DNA of 56,280 bases, filler included, from Sphacelaria rigidula (taxonomy: Eukaryota), in the NCBI GenBank assembly GCA_964200075.2. It is 7 parts of 7 records of this genome, joined end to end, with 100 filler letters (N's around TTAATTAATTAA, not from the genome) between each part and the next. Parts side by side here need not be neighbours in the genome. Positions count along the whole stretch, not along the records: positions 32,219 to 40,172 come from CAXNAA020012853.1; positions 40,273 to 48,226 come from CAXNAA020012854.1; positions 48,327 to 56,280 come from CAXNAA020012855.1; 4 more parts are not named here. One strand, written 5' to 3'. Both the position numbers and the translations under genes were made by a program. Below are positions 37,572 through 48,595 of the stretch, piece by piece. Under the pieces are notes generated by a model, which was not told the origin of the DNA, did no database searches, and saw only the letters and a program-made list of their open reading frames with translations. The stretch's first letter is position 1. Each line of letters opens with the position of its first letter.

Positions 37572-40172
37572 GTCAGGTAACAGCATGAGAGTCTTTTGTA
37601 CGGAAGGATGGGAATGTTGAGACGTGATAAAAAACAACGTTCACGTCTGCTTGGAACCCTCCCTCCTCTAATGCATGTCTTTTTTACGTTTTGTCGTCTT
37701 TGGCTATTATCGTTGTTGGTGCGGTCTTGTGTGTCGGCTGCGTGCTTGCTCTCCCGAGTCTGCTCGAGAGGACGGACCCCTACACTAAAGAGCAGGCCCG
37801 CTAGTTAAGAGTCATGCTAGGGTTTGGTAAGGGATACGGCCTATGAAATCGGGCTCATCTCTCGTTCCTGTACTGACCCGTATAGGTTGGAGGTGAGACA
37901 TCGATATTTCGGGTGAGGCCAAGAGGTAGGGTGTCATCTTGAACCCCAAACAGTATTGTTTTGCTGACGGATGGGTCATGTAATGTTACAAGACCGATTG
38001 TGCATCATGATAATATGCTGCCGCCGCTAGGGGCAAAGAGTGACAGGGTGTGGTGGCATATCTGATATTGAAGGTCGGAAGCACCGCGTCACCAGCTACG
38101 GACTGTACTGCTCATACAACCATGCGCACACGCGAGCTATATACCACGAATACGTCCAGCGAGATTTCACTGTACACTACAACTGCGGAGTGCAGCTGGT
38201 GTTGCAGGTGAACTTTGCTGCGTCCAGGGAATTGATCTGGAACGAGTGAACAAATGGATGATCCTTGCTTTGCATGCAGGCCGTATCTCTATGGGACCGT
38301 ACACGCAAGTAGCGTCGCTGGTTCCGTCTTCTCACGCCTCTACGGTAGGAAGGGTACAAGTGATGGGTGCAGACACCGACTTGGCACCTCGCCAAGCAGT
38401 ATTAGCTGCTCCAAAGGAAAAAGGACTGCAAGAGAGGACATCGGCGGATTAGGCCACGCATCATGTACCCTACTGTTAACGACAATAAATCAATGCATGG
38501 AATTATTCGCTGCAGCTTCTGTATTTGAAACCTTGAACTGCACCGTAGACTGCGTAGGATGACCTCTCCGTATTTACATTTTCCGGAATCGATTCACTCG
38601 AGCACTTTGCCGAGATATAGTCGATATCCGTCCATTCACAAGGTCTTTTAGCAACACAGATTTTTCACCTGGCACGCATAGACGATATACAAACGTTGTT
38701 TGTCCCATACATCCTGTGTAACATGCGGTTGACTTGGTAACTTGCACCGTATCCGGAGGAGGAGAGGGAGGTTTGGACTTGAGATGGTCACCAGGAAACA
38801 CTATCAGCATCACCGCTCACGTTTTTTCGCGCAGCGTGCAGCAGGTGCAGACAGCGTGCTGTGCGCTGGGGGGTCAGAACTTATATATTATCTCATCACG
38901 TTAAACTTCGAGCAACAACAGCACATGATGATACCCATCTGCCCCCACGGGTCATGAACCATTTTGTAGTTGCCCAGACCGGCACAGTGGATACAGTCCA
39001 GTCAATATACCGTACCTTTTCGTACCGACCGTACAGCACGCGAGATGTACACTGGTATCACACAGATGGCATCCAGCAGATGGCAACCAGCAGCAGCGGT
39101 GTGCTGTATGACACGGCAGCTGCCTTGTAGCGGTAATGATCGTAACGGAAGGACTATCGACGCCCTGGTGCACCTCCTTGAAAATTTTGAAGCCTGTTCT
39201 GGGACCTGTCACCAGTTCTCCTTTCCATCCCCGGTGTTGGCAGTCATATCTTGGAAAATAAAGCACGTGTTGGTTCGCGTGGTATGAACAAGCAGACTGG
39301 GGTTCCTCTTTTCGGTATATATATATATATATATATCCTCCGGTATTTTTCTTGGAAGAAGGAAGAAACCTGACCCAACATGTACCCCGCAAGCGGGTTC
39401 GTGCGCCGATTACTGGAGGCCCGGCTAGACTGCCTCACGGCAGTCATGTGGGGTTGGCGCCTCGAGCATTTGCAAGCTTTGCCCAGGCAGTCATGTGGGG
39501 GTCCGACCCACTAACACCCCCTGTCAACTTGGCGTAGTGCACGCGCCGCCCTACTCTTGTGCGCTTCGGCCTTGGTCCTTTTTCAGTTGTGCCTGTGCAT
39601 TGTAGATAATCGGGAATTCGAAATCTTGTACTTTCGGTCATTATCCAACTTACTGCATAAAATCAAGAACTGGAACTCCAGTATGATGGAGTGTACCGTG
39701 CATGGTGAAATATGTGCAATTATCGAGTTCAGAGCTCCAAAATTGAGACGGAATCTTTCCTGTACTAGTGGTAAGCCACGGCTGACGCGCGTGGCAGCAG
39801 TGCTGCAGGTAACAACGGCACAAGTCTGGCACGCGTGGAGGTTTTGGACAAAATGACGAAAAACAAAAAATGACCCTGTCATTCACCATAATTTATCAGT
39901 AGAAGCAGATGGGGACTCCCAACCCCACGGCTACCTCCTCCACACACGTCAAGGGGGGGTACCCCACCTCCGATGTTGTCTGATATTGCATAGAATTTAG
40001 TATGCGATCGGTTTTATGGGAGATTGTTCGACGTTCGGAGGGGGGGCGGGGGGAATGCCCCCCCTCCCCCCGCCCCCTCTCCCCCCACGCGGCCATTTGG
40101 CTAGTAGCCTGGTCCGGCGAGAACCCGGCGTGCTCCGTCCCGGCTTTGTAGGGGCGGACCCCCGATGGGGTT

Positions 40173-40272
40173 NNNNNNNNNNNNNNNNNNNNNNNNNNNN
40201 NNNNNNNNNNNNNNNNTTAATTAATTAANNNNNNNNNNNNNNNNNNNNNNNNNNNNNNNNNNNNNNNNNNNN
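40173..40272. other. Artificial contig spacer
   Basis: N44-TTAATTAATTAA-N44. Confidence 0.98.
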
Positions 40273-40384
40273 CTTCCGCACATGCGCGCGCGCAGAGGCG
40301 AGCGTTCGCTCTGCTACTTGATCTCCTCTCCCTCCTCCCCCCTCCCCCCTCCCCCCTCCCCGTCCCCTCACACGCGCGTCTTAG

Positions 40385-40612
40385 AACCCGGAGCACTTGC
40401 TTATCTTTGCTGCCGGTAACCTGGGAGACGACATTAGTGGTTGCAGTGTATCGGCCCCCTCCATCATCAAGAACTGTTTGGCGGTGGGATCCTCTCAGTC
40501 GGGGCCGGTTCGGCTGACCAGCGGCGACATCGATGACGTGTCGGCCTTCAGCAGCATTGGCCCTACCACCGACGAGCGGATAAAACCTGATGTCGTCGCC
40601 CCGGGGCATTTT
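40385..40612 (+). CDS. S8 subtilase (KP-43-like), exon containing the oxyanion-hole Asn
   Basis: LIFAAGN…KNCLAVGS…FSSIGPT.D.RIKPDVVAPG; TAG/GT boundaries, 76 codons. Confidence 0.93.
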
Positions 40613-41565
40613 GTACGTTTTCGATGCATGTTTTGCTGTCGTGGTTGTTTGCATCGTCGTCGGAGTCATGTGTAGTAGCACGACGAAAAACAAAAATAAC
40701 AAAAGAAAGTACTGTATGAGAACTGGTGTCGCAATTGTGAACGGTGTGAACCGTCAGGCGAAACGATGATTTTCTTCCTTGTTATTTGGGCAAGGATCGA
40801 CCGGAGGCTGAATATTAGCCTCTTGTTGTCAACCTGCACCAGGTACAGAATAGTTGAGTTTTCGTTGTGTTGTTCTTGTAATTCCCCGAGGCTCGGCGGT
40901 AGCTCCTGTCATGTTGAGCTCTTGTATCGCTGAGACCTGTTGCCCAGGGTCCCGGAAATTCGACTGTACAGATATGAGAGTTTCGGGCCTCTTGGACAGC
41001 CCACGGTCGGACCTGCTCCTGTCTTGCCGTGGTCACCAGTTTACATGTCATGCAAGTAATCACTCCGCACACACACTATAACGGCCTCCACATATAGTCC
41101 TCATGTGCACCAAACACACAGCACCTGACAGCTTAGTTGATGCTTACGATACTGGTAGAAGTTGTGAGGGCAGTGCCGTGACTGAACCGTGCCCTTGTGT
41201 TTTGTCGCTTCTTGGGGAAACAGGGGTCATGGAGAGAGCAGTGCGCAGCGTGTATATTTTTGGTATCACACCATTTTGCAGTTGCCTTGGTCTTTTTCCC
41301 CGGGGCGCTTTCGTTGTTTGCGAGAATCACGCCTCTGTGGTGCTTCCGCGTAGCAATAACACGGTCTCTTAGTGCAGGCGCGCCCATGCTATTTGGGTGG
41401 AAACGTGTGCGCGCAACGCGGACGGAGTGGTTTGTAGGGGGTGTTTATGCTCAGGCAATGACGCGATGTAGTGCCAATTTCTTCTCCCCCTGCACTTGAT
41501 GAAGCATGCAGACTATCGTCATTTGTTTTATGATACCATTGATATTTTTCACCTTGGTTGTGTAG

Positions 41566-41808
41566 GTTTTCAGCGCTTCAAACGGAGGGCCCGGATCCTG
41601 CGAGCTAGACATTGACTCGGGGACGTCAATGGCGTGTCCCATTGTGGCGGGAGCGGCCGCCCTAGCACGCCAGTACTTCACGGACGGTTTCTATGCGGGC
41701 GACGCCGACGCTCGGGGGCTCTGCAGTTCTGCGTCGACGGCGGCTGCTGTGAGCGACGGCATCCGGTTTGCCTGCGCAGCGTTTGTTCCAACGGGGACCC
41801 TCCTCAAG
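41566..41808 (+). CDS. S8 subtilase, exon containing the catalytic Ser
   Basis: SGTSMACPIVAGAAALARQYF.DG; TAG/GT boundaries, 81 codons. Confidence 0.95.
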
Positions 41809-41906
41809 GTACGACTTTAAAAATCAAGGAGCAGGAAAACAAACAAACATATTCCGGTCACGATTCACATGAGATCCACGACAATCCTTGTAGTGGTAGC
41901 GATCTG

Positions 41907-41984
41907 GTCGCCCCGGTGGCTCACATGTACCGGAAGGTGTAGACCGGCGTCCAGAATGGATGGGACGACAACACAAACACACAC
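41907..41984 (+). mobile_element. Internally deleted S1 SINE (head fused to tail)
   Basis: GTCGCCCCGGTGGCTCA (16/17 match to 10894) joined directly to the tail seen at 11163-11223. Confidence 0.75.
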
Positions 41985-42183
41985 ATGCAACACAGTAGCA
42001 GTGTGGGTTTTTGAGGCAGGAATAACTTGAACCATCTTTTGCACTGTGTGGTGTAACGTTTGATGGCTTAAGGGGCGGTGTTGGGCGGGGGGAGGGGCAG
42101 GGAGGGGAGGTGTGTGGATGCTGCGTTCATGTTTTGCGTCTTGTGGTACAGTGGTGTGTCGTTCAGCAGGGAATGCTATCCGA

Positions 42184-43737
42184 CCTCGAAAATGGGCTTC
42201 AATATCGCGGTGAGGTTGAACCTACTTTGGGAATTGCGCTGTTCTGAGTGAAAAGTTGAAACAACGAAAGATCTTTCGCCCAGTTCATTCGTGTTGAAAG
42301 CTAAGCAGGTGTGTGAGTACGTGTTGTCCCAAGGATCATCATGAACAACTTCTTGCTGCCAGTACAGCAACAATGCAGATTGCAGTTAGGGCCATGCAGT
42401 ACAGAACCCATGACCATGGAACTCTTCTTGGCATGCCTGGTGAAACAAGGTACCTCTGGCGGTGGCTTCGCCGACGCTGGCGTTGCCCACACGGGGGCTG
42501 GCATTCTGTAACCTGTGACCTGCAGTGTGCTGTTTCCAATGTATGTCAATGTGCACTGGGGGGAGAGGGAGGGAGTATTCATCCCGTCAGCGTTTCGGTC
42601 GTCGCTCAATCTGCAGAGGTCACAAGCTCTTGCCTGACGCGAGAAATGGTTTCACCACCACAGGCAAGGGCGTGGTCGTAAAGCTATGTACTCTAAAGCC
42701 CATACATCATCGCTGACTGTACCCAGCGATGTGCACATCGGAATGTGTTCAGGTATGTTGGGCAATGGAATTCAAAAGAACTGTTTCGAAAGCCTCAAAA
42801 CGGCCGCGGAAAGCTTGTAGAAAGGGTCTTTTGGCGGCTCCTCAAGGGCATGAAGACGTACGATGCAACAGTTTTTGAACCCGTAGGGAGAACCGTAAAA
42901 CGCAGACACTTACTTCCCCATGCGTCAAACCCCCTGTTTTCAACTTGATGATACGTTACCAGCCCTTGGGAACCCGACGAAAGCTCCTTCTGCAAGCTTT
43001 TCGCAGCCGTTTTGAGGCTTTCAAAACAGTTCTTTTGAATTCCATCCAAACTAGTTCCAAACACCTCAACACATTCCGATGTGCACATCGCTGGGTACAG
43101 TCAGCGACGATGCATGGGCTTTAGGGAGGGGAACAATAGCAGCACTGGGCCGCCACCCAACCCAATCTATCTTGGGCAAGTTTTTTTTGTCAGCGCTAGA
43201 CTGCGTGGGTCACAAATGAAGCGGAAAATGGTCCGTATGTCTCGACAACGCCCTTGCTTGTGGTGGTGAAACCATTTCTCGCGTCAGGCGATAGCTTGTG
43301 GTCTCTGCAGATTGAGCGACGACCGAAACGCTGACGGAATGAATACCCCCTCTCTTTCCCCCCAGTGCACATTGACATACATTGGAAACAGCACACTGCA
43401 GGTCACAGGTTACAGAATGCCAGCCCCCGTGTGGGCAACGCCAGCGTCGGCGAAGCCACCGCCAGAGGTACCTTGTTTCACCAGGCATGCCAAGAAGAGT
43501 TCCATGGTCGTGGGTTCTGTACTGCATGGCCCTAACTGCAATCTGCATTGTTGCTGTACTGGCAGCAAGAAGTTGTTCATGATGATCCTCAGGATAGCAC
43601 GTACTCACACACCTGCTTAGCTTTCAACACGAATGAACTGGGCGAAAGATCTTTCGTTGTTTCAACTTTTCACTCAGAACAGCGCAATTCCCAAAGTAGG
43701 TTCAACCTCACCGCGATATTGAACCCCATTTTCGAGG
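42184..43737. repeat. 1.55-kb intronic foldback (inverted duplication)
   Basis: 42184-42678 pairs with 43243-43737 (near-identical); ~42693-42858 pairs with ~42953-43124 (more diverged); ~95-nt loop; 118-nt bulge in the right arm. Confidence 0.97.
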
Positions 43738-44362
43738 AGACATTCTTCAATGAGGTTTTGAGCGCTTGTTCTTCCTGGTTGGAATCATACATCCACATGC
43801 CTAATATGGGCATTTTCCAGTCGTGCCGTGACATCATGATGCACACTCCAGTAAACAGAGAGCATGCTTGGACAACGAACCGCACAGATACGCGGTTGTC
43901 CTTCTGCTCCATCCCATGGCTCTGTTGTGATTGGTACTTTAGATACTGGATGAAAAGGGTTTCTCTGAATCAGATGTGAAATATAATGATGCGGGCGGCG
44001 TGTCATAATGAAGGCCGTATCCATATTTGCTCTGTATTGTGTGACCGCACCGAAACATTCCCGTTCGCAGGACACAATTCGTACCAACATGTCAGACAAA
44101 GTTTTCCAGTGCTCTTGTCCGCAACAGTCACAAATCCGCGACTACACCAGCGCATTCAACGATGTGCGGCGTCAGCCCATGATCTGTGGCTGCGTACGGG
44201 TTAGGCATCTCCTCAGTAGGAAAATATGATGAATGATGGGAAAAAAATATGAGACACAAATCGGTCCAGCCTTTTCTGCGTCAAAAACCCGTCAACAATA
44301 TGCAGTACCACGTATAAATAATTTCCGCTGGTTGCTCCCGTCGAGAGCGTCGCAACACTGTA

Positions 44363-45072
44363 CGAGCTGGGCGAGCGAACGTTTTTTTTTCTCCCGGTTG
44401 ATCGGTGATGCACGGCTTAATTTGAGGGGTTAGGCGCTGAAATTTTGACGCATGTTTATTATCAACAGGTGGAATTATTCTGGAGCCACCAGGAAAAAAA
44501 TAAGATGAAGAAAAAAACCCCATGAGAGCGATTTGAAATTCCAGCAGAAACCAGAAAATGCCATACCTCCGGGAAAAACTGAAAAAACTGACGGTATCTC
44601 CAATCACGATTTTGTTCACTTGCGCGCAGAAGATTCTAGTGACACTTGCGCTAAAAGCTCCTGAAATTGGGCCGCGCGTGGAACGTTCTCACGTGTCACC
44701 GCTCCGCCCCGGTGGTCTGACTGATCCAGGAGACTCCAGTTACGGAGGTCACGAGTTCGAATCCCGACATGACCAAATTGTTTTTGCACAATCTGGTTTT
44801 CGTCGTTGAGGCAAATTTTATGCAGAACATCCTTTTTTCAGTCGAAAAGGGTGGTCTCGATACTTTCGCACGAGCTTCTGCCCCTAAATACGCAAAAAGT
44901 GGTCTTTCTTGCACGTTATCGGCAAAACTTTGCCAATCGAACAGTGACGGAGCCGTGCATAACCAGGTTGGTCTGCAGATCACAGCGATCTGCTCAATAT
45001 CTGGCTGATTCGGGAAACTAAAAATATTGTTTTTTGCCCAGGGGTTCTTCTATCCACGACTGGCTCAGCTCA
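44363..45072 (+). mobile_element. Second copy of MITE M1 with tRNA-like core at ~44706-44775
   Basis: TA|CGAGCTGGGC left TIR, CTGGCTCAGCTCA right TIR; colinear homology with 2007-2617. Confidence 0.7.
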
Positions 45073-45177
45073 CACTTGAAAATTCTGTTTCAGACGTGCA
45101 CTCCCCCCCCTCCCCGGAACGTAATGAACACCGAAATTTTGAAGGTGTCTCTATCGGGATTAGGAACGATGCTTCGT

Positions 45178-45240
45178 GTCCGAAGGAATGCGTGGTCATT
45201 GGTCAAACGACTAAGGCAAGCACCAAACGAGTGCCCCCCC
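45178..45240 (+). repeat. R1 family 3' end
   Basis: GCGTGGTCATTGGTCAAACGACTAAGGCAAGCA…GAGTGCCCC. Confidence 0.8.
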
Positions 45241-45848
45241 CGCCCCCCCCCCGTCCCCCCCGCCCCGGAAGGACAGCCCAACAATATGTACCATCTATCG
45301 CAGTTGTTGTTCAAAGACCCCGCCGAGTAGAAGCGTAAAGCGGGAAAATGTATACTTCGTACACGCGTGTGTGTGAAAACGATCGTCATGCCCCCTGCAG
45401 ACGCTCGCACCACGGTAATTTATTGCCCGTGTAGGATTAATGTCCGCATGATATATGTAGTATATACATGCGCGTGTACACACTCACTCTCTCTCACATA
45501 CACAAATACACACATGCACACACAACCGTCCGAGCTCCGCAAAAAACGCTTCCTATTGAAGGCAGCAGAGTATCCGTCTCTCTCCCACCGGTACACGTGG
45601 CTATCGACGATGACACATAATCGCGATGATGCTACTCGTACGGCCTTTTGAGACAAATTATGCCATGAAGCGACACATGCATACCGAGGCAAAAACTTGA
45701 CAAAGACGGTAGCACACCGACAATAATGACACCATTCCCACAGTTCAACATATGAACAAACGCAAATACACGCAAGAGTAACAACAACAGACGACATAAC
45801 AACGACCAACGATTGACACGCGCACACACAAAATACATGGCGGTGCAG

Positions 45849-46231
45849 GCGATGCTGATACACGGCGCCAACAGTATGGGCGGCTCCACCGACCCCGACG
45901 GCGTGCGGGGATTCGGCCGCGTACACTTGGAATCAAGGATGCCCTTCGAGGGCGACGGTCTTGCGGCACTCTACGTTGAAGACAAGTACACGAATACGGT
46001 AACGGCGTCAGGGTCCGGGGCAGCGGGCAACGCTACAGTCGCCGTCGATACTACCGAGAATCGCGTTTTTTATGTTTCCGAGGCGGACGCAGTGCTTGCG
46101 GTCGAGGAGGGGGAGGAGATCAGGGCAACGCTTGTGTGGATGGATCCGCCGGCGACAGCGACCTCCGCGAAGCAGCTGCTGCACGACTTGGATCTGTTTT
46201 TGGAGGGACCCGACGGCACGGTTTGGACAAT
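45849..46231 (+). CDS. S8 subtilase, end of the catalytic domain and start of the C-terminal jelly-roll domain
   Basis: AMLIHGA…GFGRVHL…IRATLVWMDPP…HDLDL..GPDG; CAG/GTGAG boundaries. Confidence 0.93.
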
Positions 46232-46948
46232 GTGAGGGTTCTTCGTGTTTCTCCCCGTAATACTGCGCACCGTGTGTACCAATGTGATTTTTCTTCTTTT
46301 TTGTTGTAAAAACCTTTAACGGAGTCACGCTACTACTACATGCACTTGACCCGCCAACGCGCTCTAGGTCTCTGTACATTTACGCTCTATCGTACTACAT
46401 GATGTACTGTAATCTGTCGTGCACTGGACGATACGGTAGTGCACTGAACTGCACACTATTAAATAGTGCAATGTCACGTACAGTACGCAGTACTGCTCGT
46501 ACGGTGCTACATAGAAATCATGCGTATTGCCATACCATAATGTTGCACGAGCACGGACTAGTACGTTCATCCATGAGATTCCACACACCATGCCATGCAC
46601 GTGACCAGTATGTCCATCCATGAGATTCCACACGCCATGCCATGCACGTATCTGCCACATGCTTACCGGTTGCCATAACATACTGCAGACCCCCACGAAT
46701 TAGTATGCCGACAATTAAAAGACCCTCATCACATGACACCCACCGCAGATGAAATCCTCCAGTACATACTGTCATGGCGACACGCAGGTGATCAATATAA
46801 AAAAAGTCTCAAGGTGTGAAATGCGGGGCGACACAAAAATATTCAGAAAACGAAGTTGGCGGGCCTTGACTTTTTGTGACACCATTTCGCATCCTCCCAT
46901 CATGAATGCACACCTACACGTACGCACACACCAAACCACCCCACGCAG

Positions 46949-47709
46949 GTCGGGAGTGTGCTCGGGCGACCAGGCCTCGTGCGACTTGGACAGCGCCAAC
47001 AACGTAGAGCGAGTCGTTGTCCATTCCGACGACATCGTCGCCGGCGCCTGGACTGCCAGGGTATCGGCCGAGAACGGCCTCGTGGAGAACGACTCGCAAG
47101 ACTTCGCGCTGATCATCTCCTTTCCCTATTCCGCGGGTTCCGGCGGCTTCTCCGGGGCATCACCATCGCTGTCAAGCGACAGTATCGGCAATGCGATGAC
47201 AGCGCCTCCCGCTCCTGTTGCTGGTGGAAATGTCGGTACCCCCGCCCCGACGCCTGCGGTTACGCCTACACCGACACAGCAGCAGCACAGTCCGGGCTTG
47301 TCTCCGACTGCGAACCCGTCCAATGTTGCGACTCCTCAGCCTCCATCTCCGCTGCCATCATCATCACCAACATCACGATCTTCTGGCGAGGATGGTGGTA
47401 GTACCGAGGCCCCTGTCGCCTCAATGGCGACGGAGAACCCTGCTGCACCACTCACGGTTACCCCAGTAGGGTTCGAGTCGTTGAACGCTACCGTTGCTTC
47501 TCCCGCACCATTACCTTCATCATCACTAATGTCGCCGTCGTCGTCGTCGTCGTCGCCTTCTAGTGTCCCTGTATCCTCCGCGGACAGCCCTACTACTGTC
47601 CCTATCGGCACCGCTACTGCAAGCCCCGTGGGACTGCTGCCTATTACATCGCCGCGGGGCGCAACGAGCAGCCCCGTGACCTCCGCGGTTGAAATACCGC
47701 CGACATCAG
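46949..47709 (+). CDS. S8 subtilase, end of the jelly-roll domain and a Ser/Thr/Pro-rich stalk
   Basis: D.ANNVERV…GAWTARV…QDFALII; phase 2 matches the previous exon; likely donor CAG|GTGCG at 47710, otherwise stop at 47777. Confidence 0.88.
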
Positions 47710-48171
47710 GTGCGATACTGTATCAAAAAGAGGGTGGTTTGACAGTAAACTCCCTAGGATGGAAGGTAAAAGTGTGAGTTCCTCGAGTTGTCGATGTTGC
47801 AAAGCAAAATAGCTAAACAGTTGGGCGTCATTTATTGATTTTTTCAAATTCGACTTGATTTCAACAGGTGTCACGACGGAAGTGACAGGAGTTGTTGTCG
47901 CTGGAAAAGAACGGGACCGAATTTTTTTTTCTGGGCATAAGTTGACCTATGATGAAATCGACATCGCAATCGCCCACAGGTGTGAAAAGAGGAAGAAGAC
48001 AGAGAAGCGATGAGGGCATGTTTGTACGCCGTACACGATCGAAAGTGCCTCTTGCTTCAGCAACGCGTGCTTCAAGATAGACGGTGAAACGTGCCAATAG
48101 TCAATGAACTGCAGTAGTGTCTACAAATCAGGGGAGTGTTCCAATCTGAAAGCGTTAACTGCATTGTAGTC

Positions 48172-48226
48172 GGGGGGGGGGGGGTACTCATTTGTTGCTT
48201 GCCTTAGTCCTTTGACCATTGACCAC
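48172..48226 (-). repeat. R1 family 3' end at the contig edge
   Basis: Reverse complement closely matches 32237-32285. Confidence 0.85.
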
Positions 48227-48326
48227 NNNNNNNNNNNNNNNNNNNNNNNNNNNNNNNNNNNNNNNNNNNNTTAATTAATTAANNNNNNNNNNNNNNNNNN
48301 NNNNNNNNNNNNNNNNNNNNNNNNNN
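48227..48326. other. Artificial contig spacer
   Basis: N44-TTAATTAATTAA-N44. Confidence 0.98.
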
Positions 48327-48595
48327 GTTAGGTGCACCTAGCCACAGCTGCTTGACTGATGTGGACATTCGGGGGGGAAGGTTGCTTCGCTCGGTCGTAA
48401 GTGTTTCGCGTCATCCCTGCAAAAAAGAAATGTCACTTCAACCTCATTTTTGACATGGATCCCATTTTTCAGGATCCGCTGTTAGTAGGTGAGGGAATCG
48501 AACCATGTTTCGAAGATTTGGTGTGGATACGAAGATTGAAATTCTCCGGGTTCTCATCCTCGATGACAAGCTTCGTCCTCAAGTTCGATGATTGA
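48327..48595 (+). pseudogene. Fragment of unknown coding repeat family U1
   Basis: LGAPSHSCL…HFNLIFDMDPIFQDPL…CFEDLVWIRRL; homologous to 54821-54978 and 16254-16360. Confidence 0.65.

Noticed and set aside
44706..44775. Functional tRNA gene
   Set aside because: Acceptor and D stems do not close, and it sits inside a MITE; reported as tRNA-like only
46568..46649. Short tandem duplications (also 18222-18266 and 49635-49710)
   Set aside because: Ordinary two-copy local duplications in non-coding DNA
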